From a virus (lineage: Duplodnaviria > Caudoviricetes): a stretch of 27,383 nucleotides of DNA. The notes under the pieces are model-generated. The model saw only the letters and a program-made list of their open reading frames with translations. It did no database searches and was not told the DNA's origin. The position numbers and the translations under genes are program-made. The DNA is taken from the IMG/VR virus record IMGVR_UViG_3300022178_004253, positions 1-27,383 of that record, one strand, 5' to 3'. Positions 9,250 through 17,469 of the stretch are shown piece after piece (position 1 is the first letter of the stretch; the number at the start of each line of letters is the position of its first letter).

Positions 9250-10752
9250 ATGGCACTGACATACAAAACGGATGTAATTACACTGAACGCTGCGAACACA
9301 GATTTTACAATCTTGACCGCATCAGCAAGCAGTACACTGGTTAAAAATATCAGTTGGATACACGATGATCACAACACAAACATCATACTGTCTATAACTA
9401 AATCAGGGGGCAGTAAAATACCTATTGGTGAATACTCGGCAACAGCAAACACATCGACCAAAATTTGGACTGATGTGTTGCCGTTAGAAGCAAACGATGT
9501 GTTGCATCTACAAAGCGATCACATCAGCGGCACTGACGTCGGCTATTGTGTGATTAGTTATGTCGAAGACACTGCCAGTGTAGCTGGTCAAAGTATTGCC
9601 GTTCATACGGACGTTAGTATCAGTGGTATTTCAGATGGACAGGTGCTTGAATGGAACAACAGTACGACCCAATTTGAACCAGCAACAGCCAGCGGAGGCG
9701 CAACCGACACAGATGGTTTATCTGAAGGTTCTACTAACCTTTATTTTACTGATGCACGAGTAGCAGCAAATTCAGCAGTGACTGCCAACACAGCAAAGGT
9801 TGGCATCACAACGCAGCAAGCAGCTGACATAACTGCAAACAATGCAAAGACAGGCATTACTGCGCAGCAAGCCTCAGATATTACAACGAACAATGCTAAA
9901 ATTAGTTACACCGATGCAAGTGCCGTAGCTGCAAATACAGCAAAGGTTGGCATAACCACACAGCAAGCCTCTGACATAACCACTAACACAACCAAAATTA
10001 GCTATCCATCTGCGGACAGCACTAAGCTGTCCAACATCGAAGCTAACGCTGATGTTACTACCACAGCAAACGTTACTGCTGCGGGGGCGGTAATGGACAG
10101 TGAAATTGCCAATTTAGCCCAAGTCAAAGCATTTGATTCTTCTGACTATGCTGATGATGCACAAGGGGCATTAGCTGACACCGCACAACAGCCTCCAAGC
10201 GAAGGGGCGTTTGTCAATGGTGACAAGACTAAATTAGACCAAATCGCATCTGGTGCAACGGTAAATAGTCCCGACTCAATTTTAAAGGCTCGTGCCAACC
10301 ATACAGGTACACAATTACACAGCACAATAAGTGACTTTGATAGCGCTACAAATACCTTAATTAGTAACGCGCGTACTGAGTATGATTTTTCTACTTTAGA
10401 AACAGATAGAAATCTGACCATGGCTTCAGATGTAAGTCAAAGCACCAGTTTGATTTGTGACGTTTTAGGAGATGCTGTGGCTGCCAGAAACAACGCAAAT
10501 GCTAAAAAGCTGTTAGGATGGCATACAGGCAATGGAACAGTTGTTTTAAGGGGTATGATTGATTATGGCTCGCAAATTGCAGCAACGGCAGGGCAGGCCC
10601 TTTGGCTGGGCGCGAGTGGTACTGTTAGTGCTTCAGCACCAACTACTACAGATGAATACAGCCGAATAATAGGACACTACATTGGTGCTGGACAAGGCGG
10701 CACTGAAATGGTGTATTTTAATCCGAGTCCTGATTGGATTCAAATCGATTAA
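9250..10752 (+). CDS. Tail fibre protein with internal repeats
   Basis: A/T/S-rich; TDGLSEGSTNLYFTDAR, DKTKLDQIASGAT and RANHTGTQ fibre motifs; 17-aa repeats. Confidence 0.7.
   Translation: MALTYKTDVITLNAANTDFTILTASASSTLVKNISWIHDDHNTNIILSITKSGGSKIPIGEYSATANTSTKIWTDVLPLEANDVLHLQSDHISGTDVGYCVISYVEDTASVAGQSIAVHTDVSISGISDGQVLEWNNSTTQFEPATASGGATDTDGLSEGSTNLYFTDARVAANSAVTANTAKVGITTQQAADITANNAKTGITAQQASDITTNNAKISYTDASAVAANTAKVGITTQQASDITTNTTKISYPSADSTKLSNIEANADVTTTANVTAAGAVMDSEIANLAQVKAFDSSDYADDAQGALADTAQQPPSEGAFVNGDKTKLDQIASGATVNSPDSILKARANHTGTQLHSTISDFDSATNTLISNARTEYDFSTLETDRNLTMASDVSQSTSLICDVLGDAVAARNNANAKKLLGWHTGNGTVVLRGMIDYGSQIAATAGQALWLGASGTVSASAPTTTDEYSRIIGHYIGAGQGGTEMVYFNPSPDWIQID
9781..10020 (+). 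repeat. Degenerate ~51-bp (17-aa) coding tandem repeat
   Basis: ANTAKVGITTQQAADIT / ANNAKTGITAQQASDIT / TNNAKISY... / ANTAKVGITTQQASDIT / TNTTKISY. Confidence 0.8.
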
Positions 10753-10754
10753 TT

Positions 10755-11963
10755 ATGGGAGAAATTTCAGGAGTTCCAACAACAGACATAGACAACGTAG
10801 ACGGGTTCTACACCACGCAAACAGGTGGCGGTGGAGGCGGCACAGGGGTTGAGGAAAACCCAATTGCAACAGGGGCGCAATTATACGGCAGTACTTCATT
10901 TTGGATGCGTGCTGACGTACCTACAACGTTTGCTCGCAGTGAAGCCTTCACGACCGTGACCTTCAGCAAGATTGAATGCAGCAGAGCCTACACGCAGGTC
11001 ATGGCTTTAACGTCCAGCGGTCAATTGTGGTACAATTGCGATTCCAACTCTTGGTTAGGTTCGGGTTTTACGGCAGACAAAACATGGCGCAGATACGGCA
11101 CAGATACAGACTGGACTGATTTGGCAGGCGGTCACAACGTTTGGGGTGCGATAAAGGGTGGCGATTATTATTTTATGGGCTATGGTGGATATCGCCAAGC
11201 GGGCGATGGTTCAACTGGCGGTTCGACGGGTTGGACTATCGCGAACAGCAGCCTAACTTGGTCTAAGATTTTCTTTGGTTATCGCCATACATGGGCAATA
11301 ACGACAAGCGGAGAAGCTTACTCTACGGGGTATGGTTACGACTACATGACTGGCCAAGGAACGACATCGGTTGTCTCAACATTGACAAGAGAAAAGAACG
11401 ACCTAACTAACATTGTGGAAGTGTCAGGAGGCTACCGATGTGCGTGGCTTCGCGACAGTTCAGGAAATACCTACTTCACAGGCGCCAACGCAAACCAGCA
11501 TGCAGGCCCACTAATTACAACAAGCAGTGACCGAAACGGCCCGATGGCAGCAAGCACTGCTGCGGCTCACTACAACTGCGCAAAACTCGGCACGTTTTCA
11601 TACCACGGAGGCTGCCACATCGACAGCGATGGCTACCTCAGATTTTCGGGCGAAGCGCAGAGTTATATGCGTCCTGACAATTCTACAACAGACAAGAAAG
11701 GAGCTTCTGGCGGCTACCAGCTTACATCTATGGGTTCAGGTTGGACAGACTATCGTGGTGACGATAAAAACAGTTCAAACATTGAACACAATGCTGTGGC
11801 ACTAAAAAACGGAGCGATGTGGAACGGTGGCGAAGACTCGGCAGAATTTAAAGGCAATTTAGATCCCGACGGAAATGCCAGTGATTCCCGCCATTGGATA
11901 GAAGTTATTTCATCAGGAACAAACTGCGTTGCTCAAAGAGCAGGCGTATTAGCAAAAGGATAA
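10755..11963 (+). CDS. RCC1/BLIP-II-like beta-propeller protein, candidate receptor-binding protein
   Basis: Repeats such as WTDLAGGHNVWGAIKGG, WSKIFFGYRHTWAITTSGEAYSTGYG and IVEVSGGYRCAWLRDSSGNTYFTG. Start moved to ATG 10755 just after the upstream stop. Confidence 0.7.
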   Translation: MGEISGVPTTDIDNVDGFYTTQTGGGGGGTGVEENPIATGAQLYGSTSFWMRADVPTTFARSEAFTTVTFSKIECSRAYTQVMALTSSGQLWYNCDSNSWLGSGFTADKTWRRYGTDTDWTDLAGGHNVWGAIKGGDYYFMGYGGYRQAGDGSTGGSTGWTIANSSLTWSKIFFGYRHTWAITTSGEAYSTGYGYDYMTGQGTTSVVSTLTREKNDLTNIVEVSGGYRCAWLRDSSGNTYFTGANANQHAGPLITTSSDRNGPMAASTAAAHYNCAKLGTFSYHGGCHIDSDGYLRFSGEAQSYMRPDNSTTDKKGASGGYQLTSMGSGWTDYRGDDKNSSNIEHNAVALKNGAMWNGGEDSAEFKGNLDPDGNASDSRHWIEVISSGTNCVAQRAGVLAKG

Positions 11964-12220
11964 TGCAAAAATCGAACATTTACAGAGTAGAAGTAGCGGC
12001 AGACACAGACTTTATTGCAGGCTGGAAAGACCCAGCTACACCGCACGTGGACTACATGTTTGAACAAGAATCGTTGGCCGAATGCGAAGAGGTTGATGGT
12101 CAGTATTTTGCCACCTACAAAACGTGGGTTATTGAACAAGAAAAAACCGTGCAAATCGTAACAGCAACGGGTACAGAAGTCTTAACGATACCAGTTGGTG
12201 AGTACGGAAAATTAGAATGA
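11963..12220 (+). CDS. Hypothetical protein (85 aa, possibly fibre-associated)
   Basis: TAATG overlap with the upstream gene gives MQKSNIYRVEV... Confidence 0.6.
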   Translation: MQKSNIYRVEVAADTDFIAGWKDPATPHVDYMFEQESLAECEEVDGQYFATYKTWVIEQEKTVQIVTATGTEVLTIPVGEYGKLE

Positions 12221-12435
12221 AAATGGAAACCACAGCGATAGGCATGGTAGTGGAGTTTATCGTCCTTTTGGGCGGTGGAGTAAGCGCATGGATAAAAATA
12301 AACAATGATGTGACTATACTTAAATCGAGAATCATAAGCTTGGAAAAGAAAGAAGGAGTCACGGACAAGAAGCTAGACGATCTCATGGAGGCTATTCAGG
12401 AGATTAAGATCCTCCTAGCAAAAAAAGGCATATGA
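12217..12435 (+). CDS. Single-TM coiled-coil protein, putative holin/antiholin
   Basis: N-terminal hydrophobic helix then heptad pattern; immediately upstream of the endolysin. Confidence 0.5.
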   Translation: MKMETTAIGMVVEFIVLLGGGVSAWIKINNDVTILKSRIISLEKKEGVTDKKLDDLMEAIQEIKILLAKKGI

Positions 12436-12857
12436 GGACGCTCGACAAGATCGTGATACATTGTTCGGCAACACCACCCACGATGGATATTGGTGTTAAA
12501 GAGATTAGATCATGGCATGTCAACGAGCGTAAGTGGAGAGACATTGGTTATCACTTTGTAGTAAGAAGGGACGGAGAGGTACAGCTTGGAAGACCAATCG
12601 AGATGCAAGGGGCTCACGCCAGGGGACACAACAAGACATCAGTAGGGGTGTGCTGGGTTGGAGGTGTCGACAAAGACATGAACCCAGAAAACAATATGAC
12701 AAAGGAACAGGAAGCCGAGCTTTGGTGTACCGTTCAAAACCTTATGTTAACCTACGGCATAAATAAAGATCAAGTTGTTGGCCACCGGGACCTTCCAGGA
12801 GTGACCAAGGCTTGTCCTTCGTTTGACGTAAAACAATGGATAGATGGAAAAGATTAA
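12432..12857 (+). CDS. Endolysin, N-acetylmuramoyl-L-alanine amidase (T7 lysozyme/Amidase_2)
   Basis: VIHCSAT, WRDIGYHF, GAHARGHN, GHRD and KACPSFDV zinc-amidase motifs. Confidence 0.93.
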   Translation: MRTLDKIVIHCSATPPTMDIGVKEIRSWHVNERKWRDIGYHFVVRRDGEVQLGRPIEMQGAHARGHNKTSVGVCWVGGVDKDMNPENNMTKEQEAELWCTVQNLMLTYGINKDQVVGHRDLPGVTKACPSFDVKQWIDGKD

Positions 12858-13269
12858 ACAAACTAAGCTAGGAGAGTGGCTAAAAACTAAGGCCCCAGGC
12901 ATTTTAAGTCTTGTAGGAGACCTTTTACCTGACCAGGGAGGTCTAGGTATAGTGAAGAACCTTTTAGAGCAAGACAAGGACGTAGATCAAGCCGAGGCAG
13001 CCGCTGCTGTAAACGCAGAGGTTGAGTTTCAAAACAACGTTTCCCGAAGGTGGGAGGCTGACATGTCAAGTGACGTTAAGTTGGCCAAGGTTATCAGGCC
13101 AGCGATTATGATCGCCCTGATGTTGTTCTTTATGATCGTAATGGTGTGGGACGGCATGGACGAAACGTTTATACCGAGAGACAGCTACGTGTCTTTATTG
13201 GAGATCCTTATGCTCACCGTATTTGGTGCGTACTTCGCAGGAAGGACAATAGAAAAAACACGAAGGTAG
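12844..13269 (+). CDS. Holin (3TM/GTA holin-like)
   Basis: RWEADMSSD..LAKVIRP followed by two TM helices and GAYFAGRTIEK. Confidence 0.75.
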   Translation: MEKIKQTKLGEWLKTKAPGILSLVGDLLPDQGGLGIVKNLLEQDKDVDQAEAAAAVNAEVEFQNNVSRRWEADMSSDVKLAKVIRPAIMIALMLFFMIVMVWDGMDETFIPRDSYVSLLEILMLTVFGAYFAGRTIEKTRR

Positions 13270-13283
13270 ACCGTGGTTGGTTG

Positions 13284-13328
13284 AAAAAGAAAGGGGGAAG
13301 GTGAAACACACAAAACCCTCCCCCTTTC
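13284..13328 (-). terminator. Rho-independent terminator between the convergent modules
   Basis: Minus strand GAAAGGGGGAGGGT-12 nt-ACCTTCCCCCTTTC then TTTTT. Confidence 0.8.
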
Positions 13329-13377
13329 GCCTACCCGAAGTAATGAAGTTGGCAGATCCAACAACTACCTATGTTCT

Positions 13378-13647
13378 TCATAACCATCCGGTAAGCGACA
13401 CAAACAAGGGAGTCTTCTCCCCTACATAAGAACCCACTACATTGAAGGACATGTGCTCTACAGCGTCCTCAATAGACATGTCGTCACCCTTCACAAGGAT
13501 GTCAATGCATATGTCGTAGTCATAGACAGCGACAACATTCATTCCCTGTGTGTGACCGATCAGAGCGCGATCAAACCCGTCAGCAAGCAAGGCTTCCTCG
13601 TCGGCAAGACGTTCCATAATCATGGCTTTGGCGTATACGTCAGTCAT
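13378..13647 (-). CDS. Conserved phage hypothetical protein (ADGFDxAxIG type)
   Basis: LLADGFDRALIG...AVEHMSFNVVGSYVGEKTP; ATGA overlap with the RNR stop. Confidence 0.7.
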   Translation of the reverse strand: MTDVYAKAMIMERLADEEALLADGFDRALIGHTQGMNVVAVYDYDICIDILVKGDDMSIEDAVEHMSFNVVGSYVGEKTPLFVSLTGWL

Positions 13648-15539
13648 CGTACTGGGCATGCTCCGGTTTCACAATCATCAATCTCTACCTCATCGATAGT
13701 AAGCTCCTCAATGCTCTTAATAGGAGTCACCGTGCTCGACATCTCAAGGTAGGTCTTTTCGTCGATCTCCTCCAGCGGAGCCTGCTTAAACCCATGGTCG
13801 CTGTGCAACAGGAAGGAAACAGACTTCACGTTTTTGTAGTTCTTTGAAAGCCACTCCTTTATCTGGTCTAGCTCCTCAAGGCGATAGTAGATTGTCACGG
13901 ACACCGCGTTATCTGACCACTCGGCCTGGAGTCGTTTAATGACCTCTAGCTGATCGATCGCTGTCATGTCCTCTGCAAACTTAGTGTGCTCTGGGAACTT
14001 ACATGGAAAGCTAACAACCACAGTAGACTTGTCTTCCGTGCCGTCAAAGTTCAACACGAACTCCACAGGGTACCCGTGCTGCCTGGCGGTAAGTGCCAGA
14101 TCGCTATCAACCGCCATTCGGACTCGTCTAATGTAGTGTTGGCTGTATCCTGGGTGAGCTCCTGGTGTAACGCCAGCAAGTAAACTAAGCGTTCCGGAAG
14201 GCTTGACTGTTGTAAGTTTAATAGATGCTGGGAATCCCGCCAGTCTAGAATATTCTTTGTCATATGATCGTAGGTAGTTGTAGCACTCGTCCAGCCAACC
14301 GCGCTGTTCCTCAGTAGCCTGGAGGTATCCAGTCACTCCGATTCCCATTCGCATGTTTTTGTGTACGATGTCCTCTGTTTCTTTAATGGCACACTTGATC
14401 GAAAGGCTGTGCTTGTTAATCCTGTAAAGATAACGAGCAACCTTTTTCAACTCCTCATAGTGCTCGATGTTCGGTAAATAGATCTCAGCCAAACAACAGG
14501 TCTCAAAGTTGGCAAGAGACTGTTCTGCACAAGGATTGAACCCCTGCACATCTGGGTCAGGATACTCCACCTCAAACGTTCGTCCCATCTTGCGTGAAGC
14601 ATCAAGATTAATCAGTCCGTAGGGCTCACCGTTTCCTTTGTAACCTTCCCAAAACTCCTCTGGCAACGAGTTCATGTCTGAACAAATCACCGAGTTATTG
14701 GACATGGCCCTCCAATTAGGTATGCCTCCAAGGTCCCATCGCTTTGCCTGTAGGTACTCGATATCGTCGCAGTCACCAAGTGCAATCTGGGCACTTCTAC
14801 GCACGTTTCCTGCCACTACAATCTTGCCGATGATGTTCATCACGTCCAGGCAGTCTACAGGCCGCAATCGACGCCCTGAGCGGCTGTTCAGGATCGTATT
14901 GATCTCACCCATTCCCCAGACCAAATCCTCCGGTCCAGAAGCCGTGCCTCCAAAGCCTTTGATGGCAGACCCTTTGGATCGGATGAGGTGAGTAGCATAG
15001 GTGAAGTCATCCCCTGTGACAAACGAAGCCTCAAGAACGCGTCGGAGAAGCTCAACCCATCCCTCTCGGCTGTCAGGGACAATAAAGTCTGCGTCGTTAG
15101 CGTCTATGCGCTCGACCGATACCCGGTTCTTTACTTTAGGTAGTTGGTACACATTCTCACGTTGAATATTAAATCCTACTCCCGATCCAAGCATAAGCAT
15201 CTCGAATGCCCAAGTAAAAGGACGGATGGGATCATCGATAACTACAAAAGCGCAGTTCTGCAAAGAAGGAAGCCCTAATCGATCGACGGTCTTTGTGCCT
15301 AGCTGCCAAAGGAATCGACCAGCAACGGTACCCTTGAGCTCCATCATGATGCGTTTAAGCTCTCCCTCCTCAAACTGAGTGAAGCCAACGTTAAGTTGTT
15401 CGTCGCAGGCTTTTACCACGCGATCAACTGTGTCTCCCCATTCCTCGGTCGGTCCAGAATCACCTTCCAGTGGACGGGCATAGGTTCTTTTAAAGACGGG
15501 GTAACCTACTTCTCCCCACGGTGTTTCATTTTTTTTCAT
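13644..15539 (-). CDS. nrdJ: Class II adenosylcobalamin-dependent ribonucleotide reductase (monomeric RTPR type)
   Basis: LQNCAF, GNVRRSAQI, NPCAEQSL, ETCCLAE, TVKPSGTLS and C-terminal CETGACPVR; no ATP cone; no small-subunit gene adjacent. Confidence 0.92.
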   Translation of the reverse strand: MKKNETPWGEVGYPVFKRTYARPLEGDSGPTEEWGDTVDRVVKACDEQLNVGFTQFEEGELKRIMMELKGTVAGRFLWQLGTKTVDRLGLPSLQNCAFVVIDDPIRPFTWAFEMLMLGSGVGFNIQRENVYQLPKVKNRVSVERIDANDADFIVPDSREGWVELLRRVLEASFVTGDDFTYATHLIRSKGSAIKGFGGTASGPEDLVWGMGEINTILNSRSGRRLRPVDCLDVMNIIGKIVVAGNVRRSAQIALGDCDDIEYLQAKRWDLGGIPNWRAMSNNSVICSDMNSLPEEFWEGYKGNGEPYGLINLDASRKMGRTFEVEYPDPDVQGFNPCAEQSLANFETCCLAEIYLPNIEHYEELKKVARYLYRINKHSLSIKCAIKETEDIVHKNMRMGIGVTGYLQATEEQRGWLDECYNYLRSYDKEYSRLAGFPASIKLTTVKPSGTLSLLAGVTPGAHPGYSQHYIRRVRMAVDSDLALTARQHGYPVEFVLNFDGTEDKSTVVVSFPCKFPEHTKFAEDMTAIDQLEVIKRLQAEWSDNAVSVTIYYRLEELDQIKEWLSKNYKNVKSVSFLLHSDHGFKQAPLEEIDEKTYLEMSSTVTPIKSIEELTIDEVEIDDCETGACPVR

Positions 15540-15786
15540 TGTATTGTTTTGCTACTCTTTGATATTGACTTCTCATAAACTCAGTGGCGGTCGGCACAAC
15601 TCGAACCACCTCTCGCTCATGAGTCTTTTTTACGACCACGTAACGTTTGTCACGCTTCTTTCTAGGCACCCTGGACCGTGTCTTCTCACGCCTGTTGGCA
15701 AGGACCATGATTTCTTTTTGTTTATTTAGAATCATGTATCCCAACACAAACAGACCTACGTCTGCCAGTAATAGAATGACCTGCAT
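15526..15786 (-). CDS. Small membrane-anchored basic protein
   Basis: N-terminal hydrophobic helix, K/R-rich tail; coupled to both neighbours. Confidence 0.55.
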   Translation of the reverse strand: MQVILLLADVGLFVLGYMILNKQKEIMVLANRREKTRSRVPRKKRDKRYVVVKKTHEREVVRVVPTATEFMRSQYQRVAKQYNEKK

Positions 15787-16913
15787 TAAAACAGATGTGT
15801 TATCCTAGCTACCTGACCGTGCTTAGGGTGATGGACAAATCCCTCGACCGCTTTAGGTGCGTGTTGGTACCCGTTTCTGTGGTGCCAACTGTCCGCTCCC
15901 GATGGCGACCTTAACGACTCTATTGTGACTCCAGGATAATCTTTACTGGTTTTGTGATGGACGTGGTGTGTATACACGTACCTGTGTTCAGTTTGAGACC
16001 AGTATAAAGGTGCCTCTGTAGCCATTAATAACGGAAGGTCGTTTAGCTTCGCCCCATCGCCGTGTGTACTTCCGATGAGGTTGTTGCCGTACTTGTAGTA
16101 TTTGCGATGGTTCAGGTTGGTGTCGAACGTCATGTTCGGCTCCTCAGAAAACCATGTTGCAATGATGTCACACAGGAAGAACCCATGGACGTAGTCGTGG
16201 TTGGAAGGGTTGTACACAAAGTGAACCGGGGCAATTGACAACAGCGCCTCGATCACGTCTATGTAAAGCTGCTTCGCCATCATGAAGTTGCTAAACCACA
16301 TACCATCTGTGTCCTGTGGGGTACCAGAGGTAGTGGTCCTTCGCGGAGAGTCTATGTGCAGGATGTCATTGCCGCCAATAAAAACGATCTGATCAATGTC
16401 AAACCCGTGAGACTTATCTACAATCCCCTCAACTCCACGCAACACCCTAGCAACCGCCATGTTAGAATCATAGTCCTCCCCTGTTTCGAAAGCCATAGAA
16501 AGCTTTCCGATATGAATGTCGGCTGGATCGATCACAAGGCAATGCCCGTCTGAGTATTGCTTGTAGTCAAACCCTCCGTACTTCGGGGCATAGGACTTCA
16601 TGTCGTCGATAAGCGAGTCACGGATCTCAGTCCAATCAACGGTTTTATTGTTCTTTACGTGCAAAGAGAAGTGATCTCCTTTAAACCAGTAAGAACTAAC
16701 CTTGTCAGCAGGCACTCCATTTGCCTCAGCAAACCCAACCATGTTCTCGTGAGCCTCGTCTTTAGGAATCATACGGCTTATCTGTTTTCGTATGGTCTCC
16801 TCAGACTGAGTCAACTCAGCCTCCTCCTTTAGTTTAATGGCGATCTCTGTGTTAGAAAGACCCATATTCCTTAGCTCAAGGACTCTGTTTAAGTGTTCAG
16901 AATATTTACTCAT
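15786..16913 (-). CDS. Calcineurin-like metallophosphoesterase with N-terminal HTH
   Basis: ADIHIG, GGNDILH, SNHD, HGD and HHVHH motifs; N-terminus GLSNTEIA...SEETIRKQI is HTH-like. Confidence 0.8.
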   Translation of the reverse strand: MSKYSEHLNRVLELRNMGLSNTEIAIKLKEEAELTQSEETIRKQISRMIPKDEAHENMVGFAEANGVPADKVSSYWFKGDHFSLHVKNNKTVDWTEIRDSLIDDMKSYAPKYGGFDYKQYSDGHCLVIDPADIHIGKLSMAFETGEDYDSNMAVARVLRGVEGIVDKSHGFDIDQIVFIGGNDILHIDSPRRTTTSGTPQDTDGMWFSNFMMAKQLYIDVIEALLSIAPVHFVYNPSNHDYVHGFFLCDIIATWFSEEPNMTFDTNLNHRKYYKYGNNLIGSTHGDGAKLNDLPLLMATEAPLYWSQTEHRYVYTHHVHHKTSKDYPGVTIESLRSPSGADSWHHRNGYQHAPKAVEGFVHHPKHGQVARITHLF

Positions 16914-17469
16914 TCTTTGTTATTTCAAATATGTCAAGGAAGTCATTGATGCTTTCGTTGTTTTCATACATGTGTATTAAATCCTTTAGGTTAAAAAGCT
17001 GTGAGTCTGTGGGAGACTTTTTCAAATCAAACCCAGCGTTGTAATTAGATTTCCTGTCATAGACTCCGCAAGCTTTGCAAGCGCCATAAAGAAGAGCCTC
17101 CTCCAGATACTCGTTAGAAACTCGATCCAGATAAAGGTTTTTGCCGCAGTCATAGTAACCATCGGCAATGCTCCTCATCATGTCTACCTTGTGTTTGTCA
17201 ACACCCGATATCGAGAACGTCATCCCCGCAGAGTTAGCAAACTTCATGTCCGCTAAATATGCTTGGGGAGCGCGAAAGTAACCCAGAGCATCTGATATTT
17301 TCTTGTATGGCAAGTACGCTACGTTACGCAAAAACCAGGCAATCAACCTGCGATCTCCACAGTGCCTAGCCGACAAACAATCGAACTCTCCTAGTATGTC
17401 CGATGTCATCCAATCTATTTCATTATTGTCTAAAAACTTAGTGTTGTTTAGTTGTTCTAGTATATTCAT
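16906..17469 (-). CDS. Hypothetical protein with possible DnaA-domain-IV-like HTH
   Basis: RRLIAWFLRNVAYLPYKKISDALG segment; coupled to the helicase gene. Confidence 0.5.
   Translation of the reverse strand: MNILEQLNNTKFLDNNEIDWMTSDILGEFDCLSARHCGDRRLIAWFLRNVAYLPYKKISDALGYFRAPQAYLADMKFANSAGMTFSISGVDKHKVDMMRSIADGYYDCGKNLYLDRVSNEYLEEALLYGACKACGVYDRKSNYNAGFDLKKSPTDSQLFNLKDLIHMYENNESINDFLDIFEITKNE

Noticed and set aside
9250-11963. Diversity-generating retroelement targeting the fibre genes
   Set aside because: No reverse transcriptase and no template/variable repeat pair differing at adenines was seen in the window.
13329-13377. Small hairpin GTTGG-cagat-CCAAC considered as part of a cobalamin riboswitch or ncRNA
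   Set aside because: It lies downstream of nrdJ, has only a 5-bp stem, and lacks B12-box features.
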